Assembly: GCA_963845245.1 (NCBI GenBank)
Contig: CAWJRJ010000017.1
Coordinates: forward strand, 192,001-256,000
DNA: 64,000 bases
Source of the DNA: Nitrospirota bacterium
GTDB lineage: Bacteria; Nitrospirota; JACRHJ01
Reading direction: 5' to 3'
Of the stretch, positions 31,990 to 42,492 are shown piece after piece; position 1 is the first letter of the stretch, and each line of letters begins with the position of its first letter. The translations under genes were made by a program, and so were the position numbers. The notes under the pieces are model-generated. The model worked only from the letters and a program-made list of their open reading frames with translations. It ran no database searches and had not been told where the DNA came from.

Positions 31990-32754
31990 ATGATATTGAC
32001 CGTCGACGCAGGGAACAGCAAGGTAGCGTTCGGTTTCTTTGAAGGTGAGAAGCTGGAACATATATTCACGGCCGAGAGCCGACCGGGTGCGACGGCGGAC
32101 GAGTTCACCGCCTTCCTCCATACGATGACAAACCGGAACAGTATCCAGCCGTGGTCAATCGAAAGCATTATCATGTCTTCGGTGGTGCCGCAGATGCTGC
32201 CGGTGCTGTTCAAGGCCCTGAAATCAATAAGCGATAAGCCCCCGCTGCTGGTGTCGGCAAGGGTCAAGTTGAACATAGCCATAAAATATAAGACTCCCGA
32301 CACTTTGGGGTCCGACCGGATCGCCGCCGCCTGCGCCGCCTATAATGACCATGGCGGCCCGGTAATAGTAGCTGATTTCGGTACGGCCACCACCTTCTCG
32401 GTAGTCGATGGCTCAGGTGGTTTCATCGGAGGGATGATATGTCCCGGCCTGATCACCGGGTATGAGGCATTGTACAGCAGGACGAGCGGTATCCCAAAGG
32501 CCGGCCTGGCCTACCCCAGAAGCCCGATAGGCACCAACAGCGTCGAAGGGGTGCAGTCAGGTGTAATCCTGGGACACGCGGCGATGGCGGACGGTATCAT
32601 AGGCATGGTCAGAAAAGAAGTGGGCGACGCGCCTGTGGTAGCGACCGGCGGGCTCTCCGGGATGGTCCTTCCGCACATGGTGGTAAAGGCTTCTGAAGAG
32701 CCGAACCTGACGCTCAAGGGCTTGAAGCTCATACACGGGCTTAACCTAAGATAG
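31990..32754 (+). CDS. coaX: Type III pantothenate kinase
   Basis: VDAGNS, SSVVP, LGSDR, DFGTATT, GGMICPG, VATGG, LTLKGL. Confidence 0.95.
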   Translation: MILTVDAGNSKVAFGFFEGEKLEHIFTAESRPGATADEFTAFLHTMTNRNSIQPWSIESIIMSSVVPQMLPVLFKALKSISDKPPLLVSARVKLNIAIKYKTPDTLGSDRIAAACAAYNDHGGPVIVADFGTATTFSVVDGSGGFIGGMICPGLITGYEALYSRTSGIPKAGLAYPRSPIGTNSVEGVQSGVILGHAAMADGIIGMVRKEVGDAPVVATGGLSGMVLPHMVVKASEEPNLTLKGLKLIHGLNLR

Positions 32755-32779
32755 CTGATTGTTTAATGTTTCCGTTTTC

Positions 32780-32808
32780 TTGACGGTATGTAGGGGCTGT
32801 GTTATATT
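32780..32808 (+). promoter_or_regulatory. sigma70-type promoter
   Basis: TTGACG-N17-TATATT with TG extension. Confidence 0.6.
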
Positions 32809-32839
32809 TATCATATTATCATAAGGAACTTAGGGGGGA

Positions 32840-33241
32840 TTGTACTTGGAAAGTCTAACTGAAGCGGCTACTATACTAGTTGTAGATGACGAGGAGAATG
32901 CAAGGGAAGGGTTGTCCAAGATCCTGTCAAAAGAAGGCTATTCCGTCGACATGGCTGCAAATGGCAAGGAGGCAATTGAAACCCTAAGACGGCAGAGCTT
33001 CGACCTTGTCATTACAGACATGAGGATGCCGTTGATGGATGGCTTCGAGGTACTCCGCGAGATAAAGAAGATGAACGAGAACATCGGTGTTATCATGATA
33101 ACGGCCTATGGCGAAGTCGAATCCTACCTAGAAGCGATCAATATGGGTGCCTTTGAGTATATAAACAAGCCTGTAAGGGTAAACGAACTCAAGAGGGTAA
33201 TAACCAAAGTATTGGAAGAACGTCGCAAGAAAGCGTCCTGA
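32840..33241 (+). CDS. Single-domain response regulator
   Basis: VVDDE, ITDMRMP, MITAYG, YINKP. Confidence 0.92.
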   Translation: MYLESLTEAATILVVDDEENAREGLSKILSKEGYSVDMAANGKEAIETLRRQSFDLVITDMRMPLMDGFEVLREIKKMNENIGVIMITAYGEVESYLEAINMGAFEYINKPVRVNELKRVITKVLEERRKKAS

Positions 33242-33273
33242 CATATTCTGCAAGCCTACCGGAGGTCCGTCTC

Positions 33274-33591
33274 TTGCCCCCTTTGGATATAAACGACGAG
33301 AATTTTGAACACGAGGTAATGCATTCAGAAGTCCCGGTCGTGGTCGAATTCTATTCCCCGAATTGTACACACTGCCAGAGGATGGTCAATACCGTCGATG
33401 CCCTCTCGGAAGATGTCGCCGGTAAGGTCAAAGTGGTCCGGGTCAACGTCCTGGAAAATCCTCTAGCCTCGATGAAGTACGAGGTGTCCGGTATACCGGC
33501 TTTTTTCCTGATTAAGAACGGTCTTGTCGTCAGTAGTACTCTCGGTGCAAAATCGAAGGGTAAGCTGAAGGGCGAGCTTGGTCTGAAATAA
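33274..33591 (+). CDS. Thioredoxin family protein
   Basis: PVVVEFYSPNCTHC, cis-Pro SGIPAF. Confidence 0.88.
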   Translation: MPPLDINDENFEHEVMHSEVPVVVEFYSPNCTHCQRMVNTVDALSEDVAGKVKVVRVNVLENPLASMKYEVSGIPAFFLIKNGLVVSSTLGAKSKGKLKGELGLK

Positions 33592-33599
33592 GCGGCTGT

Positions 33600-33818
33600 T
33601 TAATCCTGCTCTATTATCTTAAATGGCACTTCCTTGTCGAGATTGGTTGCCAGCTCTCTGAACTCAGATTCAAAATCCGGGGAGACCAGCACTTCAAGCA
33701 GTCCCGCCTGTGGGTCAGCCGTCCGTATAACAGCAATCCCATCATATGCCTCGACAATGAAATTCACATAAGCGATGTGTTTTTTCTCGGTCTTGACCCT
33801 TAATAAAAGCGAATCCAT
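33600..33818 (-). CDS. DUF4911 family protein
   Basis: IAYVNFIVEAYDGIAVIRT..GLLEVLVSP. Confidence 0.8.
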   Translation of the reverse strand: MDSLLLRVKTEKKHIAYVNFIVEAYDGIAVIRTADPQAGLLEVLVSPDFESEFRELATNLDKEVPFKIIEQD

Positions 33819-34774
33819 TATTGCTCCAGGAAGTTCCCGAGCGCGCGGAACTTCTCGAATCTGTCCTCGGCAAGTTTTTCCGGCGCCAGCTTTTGAAGTT
33901 CTTTCAGGTGTTTCTTCAACGATTTCTCGATGTTTTTGGCCATAATCTCAGGGTTCCTGTGCGCGCCGCCCACCGGCTCCTTTATTATCTCGTCTATCAC
34001 CTTCAGTTTGATGAGGTCCTGGGCGGTAATCTTCAAAAGCTCGGCCGCCTCTGAGGCCTTTGCCCTGTCGTTCCATAGTATAGCGGCGCAGCCCTCCGGA
34101 GAAATAACCGAGTATATGGCGTGCTCCAGCATAAGCACCCTGTTGGCCACACCAAGCGCAAGCGCTCCGCCGCTGCCGCCCTCGCCCACTACGATGGCGA
34201 TTACCGGCACGGTCAGTGAGGACATCTCAAAAAGGTTCCTCGCAATCGCCTCGCTCTGCCCGCGTTCTTCCGCGCCTATGCCCGGGTAGGCTCCAGCCGT
34301 GTCGATGAAGGTGATTACCGGCCTTCTGAACTTCTCCGCGAACCTCATCAGCCGTAACGCCTTCCGGTACCCCTCGGGATGCGGCCAGCCGAAATTGCAC
34401 CTGATCTTGTCTTTGGTCTTGCGTCCTTTGTTGTGACCGATTACCACCACGGGCTGTTCGTCGAACCAGGCCATGCCACAGATTATCGCCGGGTCGTCGG
34501 CGTATGCCCTGTCACCGTGCATCTCTATAAAGTCCGGCATGAGGGCGGATATGTAGTCTTCGGTGCTAGGCCTGTCCTGATGTCTTGCCACCATGGTCTT
34601 CTGCCAGGCATTCAGGTTGCCGAATATACGCTCCCTCAGCTCGTCCGCTTTCTTGGAGAGCTTGGTTATCTCGTCATGGGCGTCAACCTGCCCGCCGGCC
34701 GCCATCCTGAGGTCTTCTATCCTGTTCTCAAGGTCGGCGATTGGTTTCTCGAAGTCAAGGAAGTTGTAAGCCAT
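33818..34774 (-). CDS. accA: Acetyl-CoA carboxylase carboxyltransferase alpha
   Basis: LDFEKPI, PEGYRKALRLM, GAEERGQ, GEGGSGGA, YSVISPEG. Confidence 0.97.
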   Translation of the reverse strand: MAYNFLDFEKPIADLENRIEDLRMAAGGQVDAHDEITKLSKKADELRERIFGNLNAWQKTMVARHQDRPSTEDYISALMPDFIEMHGDRAYADDPAIICGMAWFDEQPVVVIGHNKGRKTKDKIRCNFGWPHPEGYRKALRLMRFAEKFRRPVITFIDTAGAYPGIGAEERGQSEAIARNLFEMSSLTVPVIAIVVGEGGSGGALALGVANRVLMLEHAIYSVISPEGCAAILWNDRAKASEAAELLKITAQDLIKLKVIDEIIKEPVGGAHRNPEIMAKNIEKSLKKHLKELQKLAPEKLAEDRFEKFRALGNFLEQ

Positions 34775-34782
34775 AGTTTCTC

Positions 34783-37700
34783 CTAAACAAATGTTACTGC
34801 CCCAGGGCCGAGGAGGTGTTCAATGTCGCTTACAAAGTCCTCGGTCGGGTTTACGTAATGTTCTCTTGAAGTCTTTATTGACAATATAGTGCTGCCGTGG
34901 TGCAGTATGTTAAGCTTCAGGTGTACCGGCGTCTCGCCCTTGTGTTTCTGGAAGACCTCCTTGAGCCCTGTAAGGTCCTCCGTCGATGCGCCTGTCCCGG
35001 TCAACCTGATATCGATCCGGCTTGTCATCCTCTCCCGTATCTCAAGCAGCGACGCAATCTTGGTCGCCTTTATTTTAAAACCTTTCTCGCCTTTGTCAAG
35101 CGTTCCGGATATCAATAGTGGAATGTCGCCCTCAAAGTATTTCTCGGATATCGCGTATAGCTCCGGGAAGACAATGACCTCAACGGTCCCCTGAAGGTCT
35201 TCCACGGAGAGGTAAGCCATCTTGCTGCCCTTTTTGGTGGTGGTATTCTTGCGTGACCTGATGACTCCCGTAATGGTCACATCGCTCCCATCAGAGATCT
35301 CGGTCAGTTCAGCGGTCGTGTTCTGGGCATACCTGCGGGCCTCCTTCTCGAACCTCGCAAGCGGGTGGCCTGTGATGTAGAACCCGATGGTCTCTTTCTC
35401 GTAGGCAAGCAGGTCGCCTTCGTTCCATTCAGGGATATCCGGGTATTCGTCGCCCGGACCTGAGCCATCCTGCCCTCCGAGCATATCGAACATCGATGTC
35501 TGTCCTGCCTGGCGCTCCCTTGCCGTCTTGCCGCCGTCTTCCATCGCATTCTCAAGGACGGCGGCCATCTTTGAACGCGACACGCCCGTGGAGTCGAACG
35601 CCCCGCATTTTATCAAGCCCTCCATCACCCGCTTGTTGACCTTGCGGAGATCGACCCTGCGGCAGAAATCATTTATTGAGGAGAAAGGCCCGCCATTTAC
35701 GCGCTCCTCTATTATCACCTCGATTGCGGAGTGACCTACGTTTTTGACGGCAGCAAGTCCGAAAAGGATGGTGCCGTTGCTTACCGAGAAGTTGGCGAAC
35801 GATTTGTTGACGTCCGGTGGCAAGACCGATATCTCCATCTTGCGGCAGTCGGATATGTACTTGACTATCTTGTCCGTGTTGTCCATTTCAGACGAAAGCA
35901 GCGCTGCCATGAATTCAACGGTGTAGTGCGCCTTCAGGTAGGCAGTCTGGTATGTGATCATGGCGTAGGCGGCGCTGTGCGACTTGTTGAAGCCGTATTC
36001 AGCGAACTTCGCCATCAGGTCGAACACGCTTTCAGCCTTAGCGAGCGGTATCTTCCTCTCCACCGCCCCCTTTACAAAGGCCTCCTTCATCTTCTCCATC
36101 ACCTCTGGCTGCTTTTTGCCCATCGCCTTCCTGAGCGTGTCCGCCTGACCGAGAGTAAACCCGGCAAGCTTGACGGCGATCCGCATGACCTGTTCCTGAT
36201 AGACTATTACGCCGTAGGTCTCCTTCAGGATATCCTCAAGCTGCGGGAGGTCGTACTTTATCGGGATGATACCGCGTTTGCGTTTTATGAAGTCGTCCAC
36301 CATCCCTGAGTTAAGCGGACCGGGGCGATAAAGCGCGTTTATCGCGATGATGTCCTCGAACACACCCGGCTTCATGCGCATCAGGACGTCGCGCATGCCT
36401 GAGGATTCGAACTGGAACACACCGTCGGTATCGCCCGCGCCCAGCAGATCATATGTTGCTTTGTCCGGCTCGTCAAGCTTGAGGGAAGACAATTCCAGCG
36501 GCTTTTCCCCTGGCTTCAGGTTGCCGTTTATAATCTTGACGGCGTTGTCGATCACCGTGAGCGTGCGAAGGCCGAGGAAGTCGAACTTGACCAGCCCTAT
36601 CTTCTCTATCTCGTCCTTCGCATATTGGGTAACTATTTCACCGTTCGTGTCCCTGTAAAGCGGAGTGTAGTTCGTGAGCGGCTCTTCCGATATGACCACG
36701 CCCGCAGCGTGTTTCGATGCGTGACGCGTAAGGCCCTCCAGCACCCTTGCCGTCTCGAACACCTCGGCCATCTTGGGGTCGGATTTTACGACCTCTTTGA
36801 GCCTGGGCTCCTGGTTTATGGCCTCGTCAAGCGTGATCTTGAGGGTATCCGGGACGAGCTTCGCTACTTTGTCTACGTCGCCGTACGGAATGTCCATCAC
36901 CCGGCCCACATCTCTTATCACGCCCTTCGCCAGCATCGTGCCGAAGGTTATTATCTGGGAAACGTGGTCCTCGCCGTACTTTTCACGGACGTATGTTATA
37001 ACTTTGTCCCTCTTGTCCATGCAGAAGTCGATGTCTATATCCGGCATGGATATGCGTTCCGGGTTCAAGAACCGCTCGAACAGCAGGTCGTAGGGCAGCG
37101 GGTTGATGTCCGTTATCTCAAGAGACCAGGCCACTATGCTGCCGGCCGCCGAGCCTCTGCCCGGCCCCACGGGTATATCCTGTTCCTTGGCATACCGTAT
37201 AAAGTCCCACACTACAAGGAAGTATCCCGGGAACCCCATCGATTCTATTATCTTAAGTTCTGTGGCCAGCCGTTCATGGTATGGGGCATGGTCCCCTGAT
37301 ATGTTTTTAAGACGCTTTTCAAGGCCTGATTTCGCCTTCTCTTCAAGGTACGATTCTCTTGTATAGCCATCCGGAACTACATACTGCGGCAGGTGGTACT
37401 CGTCGAACTTCAGCTTGAGGTTGCAGCGCTCCGCTATCTTGACTGTGTTTGCGAGCGCCTCGGGGTAAAACTCGAAGGCCGAGTGCATCTCCTGCGGCGA
37501 CTTGAAGTAGAACTCATCGGTGGTGAAGCGCATCCTGTTCGGGTCGCTCATCGTCTTGCCGGTCTGTATGCAAAGCAGCGCCTCGTGCGCCCGTGCGTCG
37601 CTGCGTTTAAAATAGTGACAGTCAGACGTGGCAACCAGCGGGATGTTAGTATCCTCGGATAGCCGGACCAGGAGTTCGTTCAGCTTTTTCTGCTCTTCCA

Positions 37701-38248
37701 GCCCGTTGTCCTGGATCTCCAGGTAGAAGTTGTCTGCGCCAAGTATATGCCTGTATTCGAGCGCGGCGTCCCGGGCACCGTCTATGTCGCCCCTGAGCAG
37801 CAGCCCAGGCACCTCTCCCTTCAGACAGGCGGAAAGCCCTATGAGCCCGCCCGAATACTGAGCGAGCACGTCCTTGTCTATGCGGGGCCTGTAGTAGAAA
37901 CCCTCGGTATAGCCGATGCTTACAAGCCGCATCAGGTTACGGTAGCCGTCGTCGTTCCTGGCCAGCAGCACGAGGTGGTTTGCGGCGTCCGAGGCCCCGG
38001 TGGCGGCTTTTGTCGGTGCGGCTGCCCTTTGCCACATACATCTCGCAGCCGATGATAGGCTTTATGCCTGCCTTTTCGGCCTTCTGGTAGAACTCTATCG
38101 CCCCGAACATGTTGCCGTGGTCGGTAATGGCGAGGGCGGGCATACCGAATTCCTTGGCCTGCTTTACCAGGTCGGATATCTTGTTTGCCCCGTCGAGGAG
38201 GCTATACTGTGTATGTAAATGCAGGTGTACGAAGTCGCTATGGTGCAT
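34783..38248 (-). CDS. dnaE: DNA polymerase III alpha subunit; frameshift near 38020
   Basis: [58 protein letters not shown]. Confidence 0.97.
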
Positions 38249-38391
38249 TTTGCGGAAAGCTCCAGTCTCAATAAATGGGAAGTATATTTATAACCCATTT
38301 CAGTAAGTTTTACAAGGGCTGGCTTTTCCGTTATAAATAATAGATTGACAACCGCCCGGAATTGAAAGAAAATTGCGTTAATTGCGAGGGT

Positions 38392-38895
38392 ATGATGTCT
38401 ACTGGCGAGGATAAATCGATATCCGGCCTGAAAGGCTCGTCGCTTTTCTCATATTTCAGTGTAGAAGAGTTTGAGATGGTAGCCGGGATGGTCAGGAGGA
38501 AGCAGTACAAAAAAGGCGAACTCATCTTCCGTGAGGGTGAGGAGGGCGAGGAACTGTTCCTTGTTGAAGAAGGGAAAGTGGCAATAAGCAAGCCGGTACA
38601 AGGCAACTTGGAGCAGGTGCTTGCGCACCTGGGTCCCGGAGACCATTTCGGCGAGATGGCCATACTGGAGAAGATCCCCCGCACTGCTTCCGCCTCTGCG
38701 GAGGAAAATTGCCTTTTGCTTGTGATAAGCGAGGACGACCTCCTGCGCATGATGGAAGAGCACCCCAAGGCCGCCGCAAAGATAATGTTCAACCTGCTTC
38801 GCACGTTTAGCGCCCGCCTTAAGGCCACGAACGAGCAGGTCCGCGAGGCCGTCCGCTGGGGCCTTGAGGCCACTGGATACCATGTGGAGGGCTGA
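38392..38895 (+). CDS. Stand-alone cyclic nucleotide-binding domain protein
   Basis: IFREGE..LFLVEEGKV..GDHFGEMAIL..PRTASASA; no HTH. Confidence 0.9.
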   Translation: MMSTGEDKSISGLKGSSLFSYFSVEEFEMVAGMVRRKQYKKGELIFREGEEGEELFLVEEGKVAISKPVQGNLEQVLAHLGPGDHFGEMAILEKIPRTASASAEENCLLLVISEDDLLRMMEEHPKAAAKIMFNLLRTFSARLKATNEQVREAVRWGLEATGYHVEG

Positions 38896-39851
38896 TGGCC
38901 GATACCATAAACAGGCGTCTTGAGGCCGTCTCAAAAAAGTATGATGCATTTATAACAGGTCTTCCCGAGCCTATGAAGGCCCTGGCAGAGAGCCTCTCAC
39001 TGGCCGTTGCGCATGGCTGCAAAAACCCCGTGCAGTATTACGGCGCGGAGGAGTCATACCCTCTGCTTCGCTTTCCGCTGTGGTTGGAGGATAAATACGT
39101 TTCCGAAGGTTTGCTGACCGGCAAAGAGGGGTATGGCATCGAAGTCGCGGCCGCGTCGCTATTTGGCTATCTCTACATCAGGGTCCAGGACAACGTACTG
39201 GACGAGCCGGAACTTTTCAACCCGTCATACCTCCTGCTCGGGAACGAACTTGTAAGGGAATTCTTCCAGACATACCATCGCCTTTTTCCTCCTGATTCCA
39301 GGTTTTGGGGCCATTTCCAACAGTACTGGCTTGGAACTTCCAACAACACATTGCTGGAGCGGCTGGAGCGTGGAGGCCGGATAAAAGATTTTACTTCCGA
39401 CGACCTGAATAAGGCAGGAGGTAAGCTTGATGGGGCCAAGATATCGATGGCTGCCATGTGCATACTTGCAGGGCGGGACGATGACATGGTGCGGTACGGA
39501 GAATCTTTTGACCGCATAAATGTCGCCAGCCAGCTTCATAACGACGCAGTTTCGTTTATCAAAGACCTGAAACACGACTATTTCACCTGCATAATAGTGG
39601 ACGCTGTCGGCGGGAGCGAAGCCGCTTTTGAGAAAGAAGACATTATCCCAAATGCCAGCCTGAAGGCCCTTACCGGAAATCTAATAGAGGACTGGCTAGA
39701 ATATTCCGCGGTAGTCAATAAAGACGCACTCAAGGTGCTTTCTAAAGACCCCTTGCCGGGCCTTGAAAAGTACGTAAAGGCAAAGAACGCGCACCTGTTT
39801 GAACTCATGGCTGAGATTCAGAAAATAAAGAAAGAGCTCCTTTCCATTTGA
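38895..39851 (+). CDS. Class I isoprenoid-synthase-fold protein (terpene synthase/ComQ-like)
   Basis: Helical; QDNVLDE (first Asp-rich-like motif) and QLHNDAVSFIKD (second motif, NSE-like) about 115 aa apart. Confidence 0.6.
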   Translation: MADTINRRLEAVSKKYDAFITGLPEPMKALAESLSLAVAHGCKNPVQYYGAEESYPLLRFPLWLEDKYVSEGLLTGKEGYGIEVAAASLFGYLYIRVQDNVLDEPELFNPSYLLLGNELVREFFQTYHRLFPPDSRFWGHFQQYWLGTSNNTLLERLERGGRIKDFTSDDLNKAGGKLDGAKISMAAMCILAGRDDDMVRYGESFDRINVASQLHNDAVSFIKDLKHDYFTCIIVDAVGGSEAAFEKEDIIPNASLKALTGNLIEDWLEYSAVVNKDALKVLSKDPLPGLEKYVKAKNAHLFELMAEIQKIKKELLSI

Positions 39852-39853
39852 CC

Positions 39854-41005
39854 ATGCCAGAAGCAAAAATCGAACTCCTTGTACGGGAGAAGGGTCAGGA
39901 CGGCTTCAGTATAAAAGAAGTCCCTGGCAGTCATGCCTACGCCGGCTATCGGCCTGCCAGGATCTCGACGGAAAAATGTGAGCAGTCTGAGAACGTCTCG
40001 CCGCTGGATGGGAAAAAATACTATATTCTGAAGGCAGACGGTTGTCCTGATTATGTCTCTCTTAATGAGAGGGAGTTCTTTATATGGAACCTCATGGACG
40101 GTAAAAGGGACGTAAGGGGTATAATGACGGAGCTCTTCTATACATATGGAAGCCTTGACGCCGATGCGCTAAAGGGTTTGATAGGGAGGCTGAAGGGGGC
40201 AGGGTTGGTAAGGGTTGTTCCTGCCTCCAGGCTCAGGGTAGCCATGGAGAGTTCTCAGAGTTCCATTTCTCAACTACTAAGGATTGAGGATCCGGATGGC
40301 TGGGTAACCAAGGTTTATGACAAGGGCGGATTTGTCCTCGTCAACAGGTTCATGGTAGTGTTCTATTTTATCCTGGCGGCACTGGGGCTCGCAGTATTTG
40401 GCAACTACCAGAATGTCGGGAAGTTACCTTATCATCAGTTTGTTAAACATCCGTTTACATCCGTGACCGCGTTAATAGCCAGCATTATCCTGATTACATT
40501 CGTGCACGAACTATTTCATGCGATGGCCTGCAAAAAATTTGGACGCAGGGTAAACGGTTTTGGTTTCGCGCTGTCAGACGGGTTCTACCCGAATGTGTAC
40601 ACGGATGTGTCGGACATGTATCTGGCATCGAGGAAAGAGCGCTTCTTTGTGTCGCTGTCCGGCCCGCTTTCAACCGTGGCTCTGGCGGCAGCCATGTTCA
40701 TGCCGGTGCTTGTGTTTCCAGGCCAAAAGTGGGCTGAACTTTTTTATGAGATGGGAAGGTTCAACCTGCTGATAGGTCTTGTGACGGTCTATCCTTTTCA
40801 GTTCCTGAAGATGGACGGATACTACATGCTCGTAGACCTGCTGGGGTTTCCTAATCTGCGGGAACGTTCGGTATCTTTCCTGAAAAACCTGCCTTCGCAT
40901 ATTTCCTCTGGTAAGCCTTTTGCACGCCGCGAATGGGTGATGTTTTTTTACCTGATTTTTTCGCTCCTTTCAACCATAGGTTTTGTCCTGTATTCCGTCT
41001 ATTAG
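39854..41005 (+). CDS. PqqD/RRE-domain M50 (site-2) metallopeptidase
   Basis: YVSLNEREFFIWNLMDGKRDV..LKGAGLV winged helix; HELFH; SLSGP; YPFQFLKMDGYYML. Confidence 0.82.
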   Translation: MPEAKIELLVREKGQDGFSIKEVPGSHAYAGYRPARISTEKCEQSENVSPLDGKKYYILKADGCPDYVSLNEREFFIWNLMDGKRDVRGIMTELFYTYGSLDADALKGLIGRLKGAGLVRVVPASRLRVAMESSQSSISQLLRIEDPDGWVTKVYDKGGFVLVNRFMVVFYFILAALGLAVFGNYQNVGKLPYHQFVKHPFTSVTALIASIILITFVHELFHAMACKKFGRRVNGFGFALSDGFYPNVYTDVSDMYLASRKERFFVSLSGPLSTVALAAAMFMPVLVFPGQKWAELFYEMGRFNLLIGLVTVYPFQFLKMDGYYMLVDLLGFPNLRERSVSFLKNLPSHISSGKPFARREWVMFFYLIFSLLSTIGFVLYSVY

Positions 41006-41061
41006 CCATTTTCCTGTTTTAGTGTTAAAATTATAATGTAAAAAGCAAATGGAGGTGGAGT

Positions 41062-41442
41062 ATGAGAAAAACTCTGATTCTGGCTTTGGCCATTTTTGTA
41101 ACTGCGATGGTAGGCCTTACCATGGTGCCGGTCGCAAAGGCCGATGATTCGTCAATGTCCATGGTCGGGTATATTATAGACACAAAGTGCGCCACGGCCA
41201 ACCAGGCCAAGCTTGCCGAGTTCGCACCTACGCATCCGAAGGAATGCGCAATGTTGCCGGATTGTCACAAGAGCGGCTATAACCTTTACACTGATGGAAA
41301 GCTTTACAAGTTCGATAGCGAATCCAGTGAAAAGGTATATTCGTTCCTCGAGAAGGCCGACAGCACACTCCATGTAAAGGCCGATGTCGTACACGGAGAA
41401 GGTGACATGGTGAAGCTGGTTTCGATTTCCAATGCCGAGTGA
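41062..41442 (+). CDS. Secreted hypothetical protein with Cys/His motif
   Basis: SD GGAGGT, signal peptide, IDTKCA..HPKECAMLPDCHKSGY. Confidence 0.8.
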   Translation: MRKTLILALAIFVTAMVGLTMVPVAKADDSSMSMVGYIIDTKCATANQAKLAEFAPTHPKECAMLPDCHKSGYNLYTDGKLYKFDSESSEKVYSFLEKADSTLHVKADVVHGEGDMVKLVSISNAE

Positions 41443-41466
41443 TAAGTAACTGATGGTAAAGCTTTC

Positions 41467-41498
41467 AAGGCCCCGTCCCACAAAGGCGGGGCCTTTTT
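41467..41498 (+). terminator. Intrinsic terminator
   Basis: AAGGCCCCGTC..GGCGGGGCCTTTTT. Confidence 0.8.
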
Positions 41499-41591
41499 CT
41501 TGCCGCTAGCTTGCCATTCCAGGGTTTTTTCGTTGACAAAGGCCATGTCGAGTGATTTAATATAACTTTTTCAACGAGATAAGCTTGCTTA

Positions 41592-42452
41592 ATGGAACAG
41601 AGAATACCCGCCTGGGCGCGGAAAAAATATAACATAGGCGAGCTGGCGGCCGTCAAGTCAAAGCTTCGCGAGCTGGGGCTCAATACCGTCTGTGAGTCCG
41701 CGCGTTGCCCCAATATAGGGGAGTGTTTCAAGAAGCCTACCGCGACCTTCATGATCCTGGGCGACACCTGCACCAGAAAATGCAGGTTCTGCGCCGTCGG
41801 GAAGGGGCTGCCCCGCCCGGTAGACCCCGGGGAGCCGGCACACATTGCCGAAGCAGTTAAACTGCTCGGACTGAAACATGCCGTCATTACGTCTGTTACC
41901 AGGGACGACCTCCCGGACGGCGGGGCTGGCCAGTTTGCAAAGGTAATTAGTTTGTTAAGGGGCGAATTCCCGGGGCTTGCGGTCGAGGTCCTGACGCCGG
42001 ATTTCGGCGGCTCTGAGGAATCGATCAGTATGGTTATTGCGGCCGGGCCGCACATATTCAACCACAACGTCGAGACCGTGCCGGGGCTGTATAAAAGGGT
42101 GAGGCCGCAGGCGGTGTACGAACGTTCGCTTGCCGTCCTCAGGATGGCGAAGGATATTGACGGCAAGGTATATACCAAGTCTGGCCTGATGGTGGGGCTG
42201 GGCGAGAAGGAAGAAGAGGTCCTGGCTGTGATGAGGGACCTGAGGGAAGCTGGTTGCAGCATCCTGACTATAGGCCAGTACCTTAGGCCGATGAAGGAGA
42301 ACCTTGAGGTAACCGAGTATGTCCGCCCCGAGGTCTTTGAACGTTACGCCGAGGCCGCGCGGGGATACGGGTTCCTATCCGTCGCCTCTTCAAGCTTTGT
42401 CAGGAGTTCTTATAACGCCGGGGAAATCTATGAAAAGATTTCCGCAGGCTGA
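41592..42452 (+). CDS. lipA: Lipoyl synthase
   Basis: [37 protein letters not shown]. Confidence 0.96.
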   Translation: MEQRIPAWARKKYNIGELAAVKSKLRELGLNTVCESARCPNIGECFKKPTATFMILGDTCTRKCRFCAVGKGLPRPVDPGEPAHIAEAVKLLGLKHAVITSVTRDDLPDGGAGQFAKVISLLRGEFPGLAVEVLTPDFGGSEESISMVIAAGPHIFNHNVETVPGLYKRVRPQAVYERSLAVLRMAKDIDGKVYTKSGLMVGLGEKEEEVLAVMRDLREAGCSILTIGQYLRPMKENLEVTEYVRPEVFERYAEAARGYGFLSVASSSFVRSSYNAGEIYEKISAG

Positions 42453-42492
42453 CTATTTCGCAGTTTTTATTTTTTGATTAAACGGAGGAGAA

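Noticed and set aside
26480..38040. Programmed frameshifting or pseudogenes in valS, nadC, dnaE
   Set aside because: No shared slippery motif, both insertions and deletions occur, and essential genes are hit; sequencing error is simpler
34783..38248. Intein in DnaE
   Set aside because: Joined length about 1150 aa is normal and no splice motifs were seen
38392..39851. Family 2B encapsulin / 2-MIB-type cluster (cNMP + terpene cyclase)
   Set aside because: The cNMP protein is only about 167 aa with no room for an HK97 shell, and no methyltransferase is present
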